A stretch of 40,969 nt of DNA from a virus (taxonomy: Duplodnaviria > Caudoviricetes). Position 1 is the stretch's first letter; each line of letters opens with the position of its first letter. A model generated the notes under the pieces. It did no database searches. It had not been told where the DNA came from and was given only the letters and a program-made list of their open reading frames with translations. Shown piece by piece: positions 31,097-40,969 of this stretch. Location of the stretch: IMG/VR virus record IMGVR_UViG_3300005512_003810, positions 1 through 40,969 of that record. One strand, written 5' to 3'. The position numbers were made by a program, and so were the translations under genes.

Positions 31097-34000
31097 TAAT
31101 ATCCTGCCCCACTACTACCGGTACTTGAACCGGAACCTGTTGTAGTAGAGCCTGATACCGCTGATCCTGTTGTGGTGTTGGTAGTGGCAGTTGATGTTGA
31201 TGTGACAACTGTGCCGGACGCCGTCAATTGATTGGCTCCCAAGGCACTTATGATTGCGACATCATCAACGGTGGCCCCACTGATGAAAATCTCGTCTGCC
31301 GCTGAGTTTATCTGAAACAGAGACCCAAAACCCTGTCCTGACTGATTTGGCACTATCACCACGGTGAGTAGGTCTGGTGCTAGTTCATTGTGTATGTATG
31401 CGGCTAATTCTGTAAAGTAAAAAGTATCTCCGAAATCCCAGTTATCCAAGGCAAAGAATTCATTTACCGCGGCTATAACTCTGGTCTTGATCACAGCATC
31501 TGTAACATTGGTTGTAGAATTCTTTACAACTTTAAAAGTGGCCTGAAGGTTCTCGTCAGCACCTGTACCAAATAATATCTTATACTTGACTGGATGATAT
31601 ACGATCTGATCTGATAATGATTTCAGAGGATTCAACACACCCGAGTAGTTAATTCGCAACTGATCCGATGTAGATGGTGTAGGTTTTGCTCCTCCGTCCT
31701 GCAACCAGATCCTGAACAGATTGTCATATGTTCTTTCAAGTAAGTAGATATCAACTATATTACTGACGCTAGGGTCGATTCTAGTCTCTTGTCCAGCATG
31801 GTGTTTGTATTGGAAATCTATCGAACTTCGACCTTTCCTAGCATAATAATCAGTAGTTGTTGACAACGTATTGGTTGTCGCATTGTATGATTTTACTACA
31901 TTCTCTGTGTTGTCATAAAAATAGAACAACTGCCCGTCTGTATACGTGGATGTATTGAGATTGATGTCTGTTTCATTCTGTCTTACAATAAAATTAGTTG
32001 ATGCATACGGCCTGTATCTTTCTATAGTGTCATAGGATATGTACTTCTCAAAAAATACAAATTTATTTGCTATATCATTATTTGGTTCTACAAATATATC
32101 AAACAGTTCTGGATTATCCACAACGCCGTCGTCATCGCTATCATAAAATCCAATTTTGATTTTTCTATTGTCTTGGAATCCGTCTGCTTCAGTGACTGTG
32201 TCCGTAACTTGCCATGTTATAGGATAACCGACAGAATTTCCTGTTGACAAAATAGCATTTGTTTTTAAAATTTTTACTGTATCTTTGACTACATTACCTG
32301 TTCTATAATCGTATATTCTTTCTTCTGTGTCGTAATGGAATTTGTTCTGTGATTCAGATTCAAAAATATAGTCCAGTTTCCTGTAGTGCACCGTGTAGGT
32401 GTCGCCATCATTGGTGAATTTGAACCACCAGCTGGCGTCTAGATTGGTACCGGCAGTGCTACCGGTATTTGCGAGGCTGAACACAGTGCTGGTGCTTAGG
32501 TTGGTAGTCGTTATGACTCTCCATTCTTCGTTGTCCACATCATATCTAAGACCAAAATCTTCGTATGCTTCTATTCTGTCAATTATATCAGCTTCTAACA
32601 CAGTAGAAAATGATGTAACAAAGTTAGGTATAACCGCGTTCAACACAGATCCGTTTGCTATAATGTCATTAAGTGTTATAGGTCCTAGCCCAGAGGATAG
32701 ATTCCCCTGGCCGCCATTTGATCCGTCACCAACAACATTGGAGATTTTTGCCCATTTTCTGTCTTCGGCATTTTCTGTACCTGCTGTTACCAATGTTCCA
32801 TTTAAAAACTCTCTTGTATCGGGTGATGTAAATTTTATAAGTGCTCCTGCTTTGGCATACTTGAGATTAGATGAGGAAGAATCGCCGACTGCTAAAGCAC
32901 CACTCGATGTGAAATATCCTGTATTTGTATTTGTAGTTGTTGTGGTCGAATTCCATGTCGCCGTCAGAGATGTCAGGCTCTTTGAGTCATACTTGTCATA
33001 GTAAAAATGTCTCGAGTAGGCCTCTTTGAGTTTTGATTCAACTGACAGATCAATCACTGACTGTATGTCACTACTATTGTTGAATGTGAAAGTGAATGTT
33101 GGGGTTGTCTCCTCACTGTACAGTATGCCGTCCTCCGCAAACACCGAAACATTGGAATAAGCTCCCGTGGGATCCAGTATTTCTTTTGCTCTAGATATAC
33201 CAGACGCCGATCTGTTCACGGATCTCACCTTGACTATCTCCTGTGATGCTGAGAGTGGAACCACTTGGTAGTCCTCTGCCGTTATCATCCTGTTCTGCGA
33301 GTAGTACACTTGTCCCGCTTTTTCTCGTATGCTGTCGTTTGATTCTGTCGCGGCCGAATTGTAAACCGACTGCTTTAAGCTCATGGTAATCGTCAAAGTC
33401 TGTTGTGACCCATTAGCATCTATGTAACCAATATCGATTTGTACATTCTGCATATCTGCCGGCTGTATCGCATATTTGGCGTTGTCGCTGATCCTGTAGT
33501 AAGTTTTAAAAGATCCAAGCGGTAAGTTTGAGAAATTACCATCTCCGAATACTAAATCTATAGCATCATTATTTTTTGTTACAACATTGTAGATGTTCCT
33601 AATATCTTTTGATAAGGAATTATAAATGGCATTGTTACCACTTAGAGATGGTACCTTAGTCCAGGCTTCCGCTATCTGGCCAAACTGATCTAATTTGTAA
33701 AGCCAGATATCATTATCGTTTATGTTACTTACATCAATACTTTTCACATAATTTGTAATAGCAGAATCTACGGTGAAATCTGTATTTTGTATCGTACCTT
33801 GTTTGAATAGACAAAAGAACCCTGTGTTATTTGAACTGTCGCCTGACCCGTCTGATCTATATGTGTATGTAAAACCAGTACCTTCCACTGGTTGTGATTC
33901 ATATATAGATTCACTGTTGGTGAGCTTAGACGGTACTACCTCAAACGCTCTGCTGATTCCTCCCACTGATTTTGTAAATTGGAATATCGGAAGTCCGTTT

Positions 34001-34578
34001 TGATTAGAATTAAAAGTGTACACCTCCGTGTCTATTCCACCTATCTTGTCTTTCTCTCTAGGAGAACCAAATAGTTGTCCTGACTGATTAGCCTCATTTA
34101 ATATCGAAATGAATTGTTCTCTATAATTTGAATTAGCCGAATCATTCCATATGATAGTAGAGTTAGCTAGGTTGGTACCAGACGAATCTCTCACGTCCTG
34201 TGTTGTTGATATCGAATCTATCTTTAAAAGACCCGTGGCTGGTTTATTTCTCTTAGCGTTGTAATTAATCAGTCTCGCTAACCTTAGAATAGAATTTCTT
34301 CTCTCTGCCGTCTCTAGGAAGTTCTCCCTGGCGTTGAGGTCAACCCTGAAACTCAATGCCTGTGCTATGTAGGCTATGAGGTCAATGAGGGCGACGTACT
34401 CAGAACTCTCTACGAAGTCGTTGAAATCATCTGGGTAGTTCTCCTGTAGGTAGGCCACCATAGTCCTTCTCAACGTCTCGAAGTCATATGATTTGAAATC
34501 AGCCTGTTGGAAGGCCTGATAGATCTTACGCCAATCCTCGGCTACTAATAATCTGTTCTGTCTGTCTGTTGTGGCCAT
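31096..34578 (-). CDS. gp6: Baseplate wedge protein (T4 gp6-like)
   Basis: [11 protein letters not shown]...[19 protein letters not shown]...[22 protein letters not shown]; FGDG; [10 protein letters not shown]...[13 protein letters not shown]; lies directly after gp25. Confidence 0.88.
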   Translation of the reverse strand: MATTDRQNRLLVAEDWRKIYQAFQQADFKSYDFETLRRTMVAYLQENYPDDFNDFVESSEYVALIDLIAYIAQALSFRVDLNARENFLETAERRNSILRLARLINYNAKRNKPATGLLKIDSISTTQDVRDSSGTNLANSTIIWNDSANSNYREQFISILNEANQSGQLFGSPREKDKIGGIDTEVYTFNSNQNGLPIFQFTKSVGGISRAFEVVPSKLTNSESIYESQPVEGTGFTYTYRSDGSGDSSNNTGFFCLFKQGTIQNTDFTVDSAITNYVKSIDVSNINDNDIWLYKLDQFGQIAEAWTKVPSLSGNNAIYNSLSKDIRNIYNVVTKNNDAIDLVFGDGNFSNLPLGSFKTYYRISDNAKYAIQPADMQNVQIDIGYIDANGSQQTLTITMSLKQSVYNSAATESNDSIREKAGQVYYSQNRMITAEDYQVVPLSASQEIVKVRSVNRSASGISRAKEILDPTGAYSNVSVFAEDGILYSEETTPTFTFTFNNSSDIQSVIDLSVESKLKEAYSRHFYYDKYDSKSLTSLTATWNSTTTTTNTNTGYFTSSGALAVGDSSSSNLKYAKAGALIKFTSPDTREFLNGTLVTAGTENAEDRKWAKISNVVGDGSNGGQGNLSSGLGPITLNDIIANGSVLNAVIPNFVTSFSTVLEADIIDRIEAYEDFGLRYDVDNEEWRVITTTNLSTSTVFSLANTGSTAGTNLDASWWFKFTNDGDTYTVHYRKLDYIFESESQNKFHYDTEERIYDYRTGNVVKDTVKILKTNAILSTGNSVGYPITWQVTDTVTEADGFQDNRKIKIGFYDSDDDGVVDNPELFDIFVEPNNDIANKFVFFEKYISYDTIERYRPYASTNFIVRQNETDINLNTSTYTDGQLFYFYDNTENVVKSYNATTNTLSTTTDYYARKGRSSIDFQYKHHAGQETRIDPSVSNIVDIYLLERTYDNLFRIWLQDGGAKPTPSTSDQLRINYSGVLNPLKSLSDQIVYHPVKYKILFGTGADENLQATFKVVKNSTTNVTDAVIKTRVIAAVNEFFALDNWDFGDTFYFTELAAYIHNELAPDLLTVVIVPNQSGQGFGSLFQINSAADEIFISGATVDDVAIISALGANQLTASGTVVTSTSTATTNTTTGSAVSGSTTTGSGSSTGSSGAGY

Positions 34579-34592
34579 TGTATATACAACGG

Positions 34593-34600
34593 TATTTATA
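34593..34600 (-). promoter_or_regulatory. T4-type late promoter TATAAATA
   Basis: Exact TATAAATA on the minus strand in the intergenic gap, 14 nt upstream of the gp6-like ATG. Confidence 0.8.
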
Positions 34601-34620
34601 TGTGAGGTAATGTGCGCTTA

Positions 34621-35025
34621 TTAAGATAGACGCAGAAGTGAGTTCTCGTCGAAATTAAATCGCAGTTTCTCAGTGATGTTTAGTGGTACATATGTGATAG
34701 TGGCCTGTATGGCTATGCCCTTGTCCGCCTCTGTGACCAGTATCTCCTGTGTGGATATGCGAGGATCCGCATTAAGATTCGCAGTGACATCCTCCACTAT
34801 GGCCTCTTTGAGTTGTTCCGTGAAAGGTTCAAATATGGCATCATATATGATCGTTCCAAATTCGGGATTCTCTACACGTTCACCTTTCCTTACAGAAAGC
34901 CTGTTGATGAGATCCTGTTTGGCCACTTCAAAGTCGTACAGTTTAAAGTTCTGCCTTTCCGCACGACTGCTGAAACCCTTGAATGTTGGATTTCTTTTTG
35001 ATAGATCCTGATTGTTTTCTGCCAT
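34621..35025 (-). CDS. gp25: Baseplate wedge subunit, GPW/gp25 family
   Basis: KQDLINRLSVRKGERVENPEFGTIIYDAIFEP...DPRI. Confidence 0.92.
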   Translation of the reverse strand: MAENNQDLSKRNPTFKGFSSRAERQNFKLYDFEVAKQDLINRLSVRKGERVENPEFGTIIYDAIFEPFTEQLKEAIVEDVTANLNADPRISTQEILVTEADKGIAIQATITYVPLNITEKLRFNFDENSLLRLS

Positions 35026-37553
35026 TAGTCCAATCTCCTGAATTCCACGTCCACTTTACTATAGTCAACCATGTAGAATCCTGTGTGTGTCATTGTTCTC
35101 GCCCATGGAACTTCCTGTGCCATCACACCCTCATATGTTCCATCGGTGTGTTTGTATTTAAACGAATATATGTTGATGCCTGAAGGCGACTCGCCAACTA
35201 ATTTTATGTCTTCCTTCAATCTTTGATCACTAAATCTGTTTGTGAAGAAACTTTTGACCGCACCACCGATTGCTCCTATCTTGTCTGATAAATTTATACC
35301 AACGTTCTGCAGGAATGTCTGTCCGCCCCTGGCGGCGTCCCTGGCGTTGAAAAGTCCCACCTTGCTGGCCAGGCTCTTGACCTGGTTCATGCCCACTATC
35401 TTGCCTCCCACCACGCTGGAGTATGTCTTTGTCACGCTGTTCAGTGTTCCCAACGTTGGATCGATGTTTCTCACTCCACCACCAAAACCGCCCCCCATCG
35501 CTATGTCCCTGGCGGTCGCGGCTCCCTTCTTGCTCAGGTTACCCGTGGTCAATTCTTCGATGGCCTTCCTACCGACTCCTGTCAGGTAGGTCTTACCGGC
35601 GTCTGCGGCGAATCCCTTGAGATCTCCTCCTAGGAACTTGCTGTAATCCACACCACCACCCAGCGTGAACAGTTCACCGGCCTGGTTGACGAACACGTTG
35701 TCCTTGAACAGTTCCACGTTGTCACCTCTGAATTTCTCCACCACCTGCGATGTGAGATTTTTTATCGAATTGGTAGCGTCTGAAACAAATTCTGAATTCT
35801 TTATCTTCTCCGATATGCTGTCCTTTATTTCGAATGGTAGATCGACCTTGCCCGTTATGCCGTATATGTCATTGTATGCTGTTCCAAAATCAGATAGTAG
35901 TTGTCTGGCCTTGGCGGCGTCAGTGCTTGACCCCATCTTCTGTTTCACGTACTCCAGTGCGTCCGCTTGGTACTGCGCATCTCTGATCGCGCTATTCTCA
36001 CTCAATCTATTCTGCATGTTAATGAACTCCGCCGTGCCCGGTGTGTTGGCCAACTGGCTCCATCTCTTCTTGTCATCACTGTCGATCGGAATGATGCCAT
36101 CATTGCCAATCAGACTGGCCCTGAACATGGGTTCGTGAGTGACGAATCTGTGTACGGTGGTCTTGGTCTTCCTGGTGAACTGTTCCAGAGGTTTGATTCC
36201 CTTCTGTGCCAATTCCACATCGCCTTCGTCCCTTAATTGCATGCCCGCTTTTTCAGGTGTGAGCCAATTTGGCCCCCATGTTGGACTCGCGCTGGTGGAG
36301 TTAAAGTGCACCTGCGATCCCGCTAGGTGTATCTGTCCTGAGGCACCGTGTAACTGTGTGCCACTCGTGAATGATGAAATCCCGTCCCTGGCGTAGTCCC
36401 TCACGGATCCCGCCTGCGAACTGTTCAGTATGCCCTTCTCCCCAAGGTTCAACATAAGATCCGCGGAGTGTATCATCTCCTTGGCGGAACTGAATCTCAC
36501 CTGTCCGTTGGCGTGCATGTTTATGTTCGAATCAGAATGTAAATTGAAGTCACCCTCCGTCCTCATGTTGATGCCACCAACGCCGGAGTAGATGTCTATC
36601 CTGCCGTTGCTCTGCATCTCTATCCAAGCATTTCCGGAAGCGTTGGCTATGTAGATGACCCCGTCGGTGTCGTGCATCAACAGTTGGTGTCCGCTTGCCG
36701 TCCTCAATCTTGTGAGTTGGTTGGATCCGTTCACTTCTCCATCGTCCATCACAAGGCTGTGTCCTGGACTTCTGTCGGGCGTGACTGCTGTACCGTCTAA
36801 TCCGATGTTGAGCTTCCTCGAATCTGGTCGTACTCTGCCTGGGGTACTGATACCAAAAACCTGGCTGGGAGATTCCCTACGTGCCGATGACGTGGTCGTG
36901 CCCCTCACAGAATCTGCTATCAATCCCTCCTTCAGTAACTGTTCCGCTAATATATCATTCACCGGATAACGGAAACTGTTCGCGGACTCTATGGTCTCTG
37001 CTCCCTCTATCATCCTTCGGTTCTTTTCGCCCACGGGTAGGAAATCTGTGCCGTATGTTTTCTGACCAGATATGCCACGTTCGCGATTATCTGATTGTGT
37101 GTATGCTGTATTTTTACTTGCGCCGTATCCCGGTACTTGTTGATTGGTCAATGGTTGTTGAACACAACCTATCCAGAAAGCGTTACGATTGGTTGTTTCT
37201 CCTTTGGCGAATATCACCAACACCTCTGTGTCTATGTCGGGTGGCACCGCCCAGAAACCGTAACTATGCTGTGTGGCCTTGTAATCGTTGGGATCTGATT
37301 TGGAAGTGGCGTTTATACTCTTGGCCCCGTAGAATGGAGAAAGATACTGGCACCACACTATGTTCTCAAAAGTAGGATCTGCTGTGTTGGTCAGTGCTGG
37401 AATGTTCACCCCCAACCTTCCCATGCGTAAGGGATCTACCGTGGCCTTGACCACTCCCACGTACGGACCCGGATCGTTGTCTATGTACTTCTCATTGAAA
37501 CTCTTCTGGTTGTCGAAAGAGTCTGTGAATCCACGCTGATCTATGTAACTCAT
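35025..37553 (-). CDS. gp5: Baseplate hub/central spike (T4 gp5/VgrG-like) with C-terminal Peptidase_S74 chaperone
   Basis: OB-fold GPYVGVVKATVDPLRMGRLGVNIP...GFWAVPPDIDTEVLVIF; beta-helix RLRTASGHQLLMHD...WIEMQSNGRIDIYS; C-terminus FSDQRLKEDI...GVMAQEV...VDYSKV. Confidence 0.85.
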   Translation of the reverse strand: MSYIDQRGFTDSFDNQKSFNEKYIDNDPGPYVGVVKATVDPLRMGRLGVNIPALTNTADPTFENIVWCQYLSPFYGAKSINATSKSDPNDYKATQHSYGFWAVPPDIDTEVLVIFAKGETTNRNAFWIGCVQQPLTNQQVPGYGASKNTAYTQSDNRERGISGQKTYGTDFLPVGEKNRRMIEGAETIESANSFRYPVNDILAEQLLKEGLIADSVRGTTTSSARRESPSQVFGISTPGRVRPDSRKLNIGLDGTAVTPDRSPGHSLVMDDGEVNGSNQLTRLRTASGHQLLMHDTDGVIYIANASGNAWIEMQSNGRIDIYSGVGGINMRTEGDFNLHSDSNINMHANGQVRFSSAKEMIHSADLMLNLGEKGILNSSQAGSVRDYARDGISSFTSGTQLHGASGQIHLAGSQVHFNSTSASPTWGPNWLTPEKAGMQLRDEGDVELAQKGIKPLEQFTRKTKTTVHRFVTHEPMFRASLIGNDGIIPIDSDDKKRWSQLANTPGTAEFINMQNRLSENSAIRDAQYQADALEYVKQKMGSSTDAAKARQLLSDFGTAYNDIYGITGKVDLPFEIKDSISEKIKNSEFVSDATNSIKNLTSQVVEKFRGDNVELFKDNVFVNQAGELFTLGGGVDYSKFLGGDLKGFAADAGKTYLTGVGRKAIEELTTGNLSKKGAATARDIAMGGGFGGGVRNIDPTLGTLNSVTKTYSSVVGGKIVGMNQVKSLASKVGLFNARDAARGGQTFLQNVGINLSDKIGAIGGAVKSFFTNRFSDQRLKEDIKLVGESPSGINIYSFKYKHTDGTYEGVMAQEVPWARTMTHTGFYMVDYSKVDVEFRRLD

Positions 37554-37561
37554 ACTTTAAT

Positions 37562-39691
37562 TTATGCGGCCCCTTCCCCGTACGGATTATTACCTGCCGA
37601 CGGTACTAGATTCTCGTTATCCTTTTGTTTTTCCGTTTCCTTTTTTATGGAGAAATCCCTGTCGGCCGCCTTCTGTAGTATGGCCGGTGCTCCCTCGCCC
37701 TGTTGGTTGTTCATACGCACACAGGTCAGGGTCTGCAGGAACTGACCATTGTCGAACTTGCTCTCCACCTTCACAACCTGGTAGATGCCATTGAAGAAAA
37801 GATCCTCGTCTCTATATGTAGCCTTTTCACTGAACATCAGTCCATCCTTGTCTGATATGTCATCTGGTATCCTGTACCTGATTAGTACCAAGGGACTGAT
37901 CTGATCGGCATTGAAACTTTCTAGTGAACTGTTGTAATCCCCTTTGTTGCTAATCTTGTTGTTGCCCTGTTGATCTAGTGGAACGTACATGTCCTGACAG
38001 ATGTAAGCAGGGTCTCCCAGTATGTCCATCTCCACACGTATCATATCTGCCTCTGGGTTGGTCAGGTAATCAAAGAATTCCTGGGCACGTTGACCTTCAC
38101 CTGCAACAGTTTCTATACTGCTCCTGTTCTTGATCACAGACGGATACTGCCTGATCTGTTTCGTGGGTTCTGGATATTTCTCTACCCCGAATATCTTCTG
38201 CCAGGCGTCGGAGACTGTAGAGAAAATACCCTCATTGGCTTTCGCATCAAACACATTACGCATATAATAAGCACTCTTGTAGTTGATCCTCAAGTTCTGT
38301 ACATCAGTGTTCTCACCAGTGTAGATATAATTGTATTCCTTCCTAACCAATTTGCTGAAATCTACACGTTTTATGGAAACTCCTGGCTTAATAAGTTTTA
38401 GGATGTGGACCTTGTAGGGCATGGCCCTGAAAATGATTGTCTTCTTGTGCATCTTGGTTATGTTGTCAAATTTTTCTGTATCGGTCTGCACAGTAGCCTT
38501 GATCTTGAACCAATCCACATACTGGTTGCCTATAAGGGTTTTTTCAAAATTATCGGAGTTGACTATATTCTTCAACTGCTCATCGGTAATTTTCTTGCCC
38601 GTATCTATCACACCCGCACGCTCAAGATATGTGGTCCAGAAATCATTGGCCAGTCTTTGGTATCCATATGCTTCTCTAACCGCATCCTCAAAGAATTTTA
38701 CGAGATTAGTAGTAGTCTCTGCCTTACCGTTGGCTAACTTTATCTTGGGAGGTGGAGTGTAAAAGTCACTGTTTAATCCAGATGGATCGTCATCTTGATT
38801 CCACACACTCTTAACCTGTTCCTTATAATCACCTCCAACTCGTTTGACTTCGTCATCTATTATAAACTTGTAATCGTCGATCAGCTCTCTTAGATTGGCC
38901 TCTTTCTCTTTTTCCAAGGCTTTCTTGAGAAGGCTTTGTATCTTTACAGTCCATTCCTGTGGGTTGGTTGCTTTCACATCTAGTGTGGTCCTCGGAAATT
39001 TGAATCTATCATCGAAGGCTAGGTCTGTGTAGGGTACCGCTGTGATGTTATATTGTGCGCCTCCCACATTAACATCAAAATCCACTCGTACTATCAGTAT
39101 AGGTATTTTCCTGATCAATCCCTCTGCAGGCACAGGCTTGCCATTCTCATCGATCCCTTTGAACTCTATAGTGAGTAAAAGCGGAGCATCCTGATAATCA
39201 TCATAGCCGTTCAACGCAGTAGCGGCTCTGACTTTCTCTATGAATGTGACACCGTAAGGCTCGTGTATCTGGAACTCCATCTTGGTGAAGTTGGCCAGAT
39301 TACGTTCCGCATTTGGTCCTACCGTTGACAGCATGTTCACATTCTCAAAGAATATGTCATGTGCTCTTTCCAAGATGCTGATGCTGTCCTTGTAGTCTTC
39401 AACAAACTTGTTATACCTATCCTGTACCAGGCGATCCAGTGCGTCCTTGTCGCCGGTTTTCTTGGCTAAATTACCAGTTGTTAATTTTGGATCGGAAATA
39501 CCCCCGGTTCTGGCTATGATGTCATGTGGCGAGTTAGTAAGGAATGATTGATTTTGTATTTCCTTCTCTGTTATACCACTCAAAGTGAATATAGTATTGT
39601 AGGAAGCAAACTTATGTAGAACATTTGGCCTCAGGAATGGCCTCTTGGCGTTTCCTGACAACTCCAGTATCTTATCCGTATAAAATGCCAT
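37562..39691 (-). CDS. Baseplate hub protein (gp27-like)
   Basis: PNVLHKFASYNTIFTL, FQIHEPYG, KEYNYIYTGENTDV, MDILGDP, FNGIYQVVKVESKFDNGQFLQTL; lies between gp53-like and gp5-like genes. Confidence 0.7.
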   Translation of the reverse strand: MAFYTDKILELSGNAKRPFLRPNVLHKFASYNTIFTLSGITEKEIQNQSFLTNSPHDIIARTGGISDPKLTTGNLAKKTGDKDALDRLVQDRYNKFVEDYKDSISILERAHDIFFENVNMLSTVGPNAERNLANFTKMEFQIHEPYGVTFIEKVRAATALNGYDDYQDAPLLLTIEFKGIDENGKPVPAEGLIRKIPILIVRVDFDVNVGGAQYNITAVPYTDLAFDDRFKFPRTTLDVKATNPQEWTVKIQSLLKKALEKEKEANLRELIDDYKFIIDDEVKRVGGDYKEQVKSVWNQDDDPSGLNSDFYTPPPKIKLANGKAETTTNLVKFFEDAVREAYGYQRLANDFWTTYLERAGVIDTGKKITDEQLKNIVNSDNFEKTLIGNQYVDWFKIKATVQTDTEKFDNITKMHKKTIIFRAMPYKVHILKLIKPGVSIKRVDFSKLVRKEYNYIYTGENTDVQNLRINYKSAYYMRNVFDAKANEGIFSTVSDAWQKIFGVEKYPEPTKQIRQYPSVIKNRSSIETVAGEGQRAQEFFDYLTNPEADMIRVEMDILGDPAYICQDMYVPLDQQGNNKISNKGDYNSSLESFNADQISPLVLIRYRIPDDISDKDGLMFSEKATYRDEDLFFNGIYQVVKVESKFDNGQFLQTLTCVRMNNQQGEGAPAILQKAADRDFSIKKETEKQKDNENLVPSAGNNPYGEGAA

Positions 39692-39694
39692 GTG

Positions 39695-39994
39695 CTAGAT
39701 CCCTAAATCTTGTGAGACGTTTGCCGGCTTGGGTAACTTTATAGTGATGCCTGGTCGGAAATCGTATATGGGATCCTCTATCTGGTCTGGATTACGTTGT
39801 GCGAACACCCACCACAACCGTGGCGTGCCATACAAGTCATAAGCAAGAAGATCAGGCCTATAGGCATAGGTACGTTCTATTGTGTAACTCTGATCATCTA
39901 GTTCGGCGGTTATTGTCCTCGGAACAAATGTTTCTAGATTAATTTCGTTCTGTGGTGTAGCAAAGTATGGCGACGTGGATGAGTATTTGGTCAT
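39695..39994 (-). CDS. gp53: Baseplate wedge protein (gp53/LysM-like)
   Basis: YAYRPDLLAYDLYGTPRLWWVFAQRNP...F.PG..IKLP. Confidence 0.85.
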   Translation of the reverse strand: MTKYSSTSPYFATPQNEINLETFVPRTITAELDDQSYTIERTYAYRPDLLAYDLYGTPRLWWVFAQRNPDQIEDPIYDFRPGITIKLPKPANVSQDLGI

Positions 39995-40824
39995 TAGATG
40001 AATCCTACCTCATTAGTTCCTTTACCATTCAACTCTCCTCTCACGAATTTCTTCATTGAAAAGTTCTTGATAGATTCTCTTGAGTAGATCGGTGTCAATA
40101 ACACAGAAATATTTGACAGTGTGGGTGCCCAAGTCTGTGATTCACCTGCTATTACTGACTGATCGAAACCAGCGTCTGCGCCATTCAACTGCTTGTAGGG
40201 TGTGTTGGTCTGTTTGGTAGAAATATAGTCTATGCCCGGTCTAAGTTCAACGTTGAATGAATTTATTACCACAGGCACTTTGTGGAACATGTGGTCACCA
40301 TAACCATAAAGATGCATAATCGGTGGTGGATTACCCTTGAGCCCATCACCGTCGTCGTTGCCAAAGAACATCTTTGTGGCTGTCCTCAAGAAATTAACAG
40401 TGGCCACCCAATGTTTGGCGTCCTCAGAATTTTGTACTGGGAACTCACCTATCACGTTCATCTGGTCCACCTGTGAATTCTGGTAGGCCTGAAAAGGAAA
40501 GTTGCTGTGTGTTTGAGCCAGAGCGTTGTAATTCGCGGAATGCTGTATAACCACAGCCGGTGTCAGTGGCCAGAATATGCCTCGTGATTCCGCCAGTGGA
40601 GCCATCAAAGGGTTGTTATCAAAATCAAAGAACTTCTGTAAGTGCGACTGTTCTGGTACCTGTAGCCTTACACGCCAATCGGTCTTGTCGTTCCTGCCCG
40701 ACCATTTAGCCCTAGCATTTACCAATCTAGAATCCGTGGATAAACCTGCACCCGTGAGCCTGCTTAAGGTCCTGTTGAAGAACCCACCTGCCACGTTCTT
40801 TATTATACCACCCAGTGTCGCCAT
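39994..40824 (-). CDS. Baseplate-tail tube junction/initiator protein (gp48/gp54-like)
   Basis: GIFWPLTP...HSANY...THSNF...YQNS...GEFPVQ...FLRTATKMFFG...GNPPP...LYGYG...VPVVINSF..EL; first gene of the baseplate cluster. Confidence 0.65.
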   Translation of the reverse strand: MATLGGIIKNVAGGFFNRTLSRLTGAGLSTDSRLVNARAKWSGRNDKTDWRVRLQVPEQSHLQKFFDFDNNPLMAPLAESRGIFWPLTPAVVIQHSANYNALAQTHSNFPFQAYQNSQVDQMNVIGEFPVQNSEDAKHWVATVNFLRTATKMFFGNDDGDGLKGNPPPIMHLYGYGDHMFHKVPVVINSFNVELRPGIDYISTKQTNTPYKQLNGADAGFDQSVIAGESQTWAPTLSNISVLLTPIYSRESIKNFSMKKFVRGELNGKGTNEVGFI

Positions 40825-40834
40825 GTATTATAGG

Positions 40835-40863
40835 TTGCTTTCCTTTGTAAAATTTCGTATACT
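40835..40863 (+). promoter_or_regulatory. sigma70-type promoter TTGCTT-N17-TATACT for a divergent gene beyond the window
   Basis: TTGCTT tcctttgtaaaatttcg TATACT; the window ends in an SD-like AAAGGA. Confidence 0.65.
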
Positions 40864-40870
40864 TTAACTA

Positions 40871-40878
40871 TATTTATA
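40871..40878 (-). promoter_or_regulatory. T4-type late promoter TATAAATA for the baseplate operon
   Basis: Exact TATAAATA on the minus strand, 46 nt upstream of the ATG at 40824. Confidence 0.75.
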
Positions 40879-40969
40879 GGCACAATTTTAGGCGCACTTA
40901 ATTACTCTAGCGGCACGATTCTAACAGACCTGTTTGTGGTCATTCTACATTATATTAAACAAAGGAATT

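Noticed and set aside
37554-37565. ATAAATT upstream of the gp5-like ATG as a late promoter
   Set aside because: Mismatch to the ATAAATA core in an AT-rich spacer; plausible but not supportable.
39689-39697. In-frame TAG-CAC-ATG between the gp53-like and hub genes, suggesting amber read-through or recoding
   Set aside because: The same 3-nt spacing occurs with TAA at 17717-17725, TAG ends other genes normally (5252, 9553), and the long genes are intact in the standard code.
40879-40969. Possible structured RNA or terminator in the right-hand intergenic region (gacc-N7-ggtc)
   Set aside because: Stem too short with no U-tract; no tRNA or riboswitch features recognisable.

Overview
Tail/baseplate region of a large T4-like (probably jumbo) myovirus, most likely aquatic. 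All credible genes are on the minus strand in the standard genetic code. In transcription order (right to left) the structural genes are: baseplate-tube junction protein, gp53-like wedge, gp27-like hub, gp5-like spike ending in a Peptidase_S74 auto-chaperone, gp25, gp6-like wedge, a 4212-aa virion protein, a conserved 241-aa structural protein and two paralogous fibre/baseplate proteins. Between the fibre paralogs lies a ~12 kb, 18-gene enzyme island with its own near-consensus sigma70 promoter. It encodes seven AspH/2OG-Fe(II)-type dioxygenases, two GT-A glycosyltransferases, two class I methyltransferases, a CmoA-like protein, a PP-loop ATPase, a GNAT-like protein, a membrane desaturase, a radical SAM enzyme, a nitroreductase and a small hypothetical protein. 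A second cassette with the same layout starts at the left edge. The giant protein carries 19 dispersed copies of the tetrapeptide DGST encoded by varied synonymous codons. The leading hypothesis (inference) is a phage-encoded virion-decoration system using glycosylation, hydroxylation and (carboxy)methylation, with DGST as a candidate sequon. All assignments come from reading motifs by eye; no searches were run.
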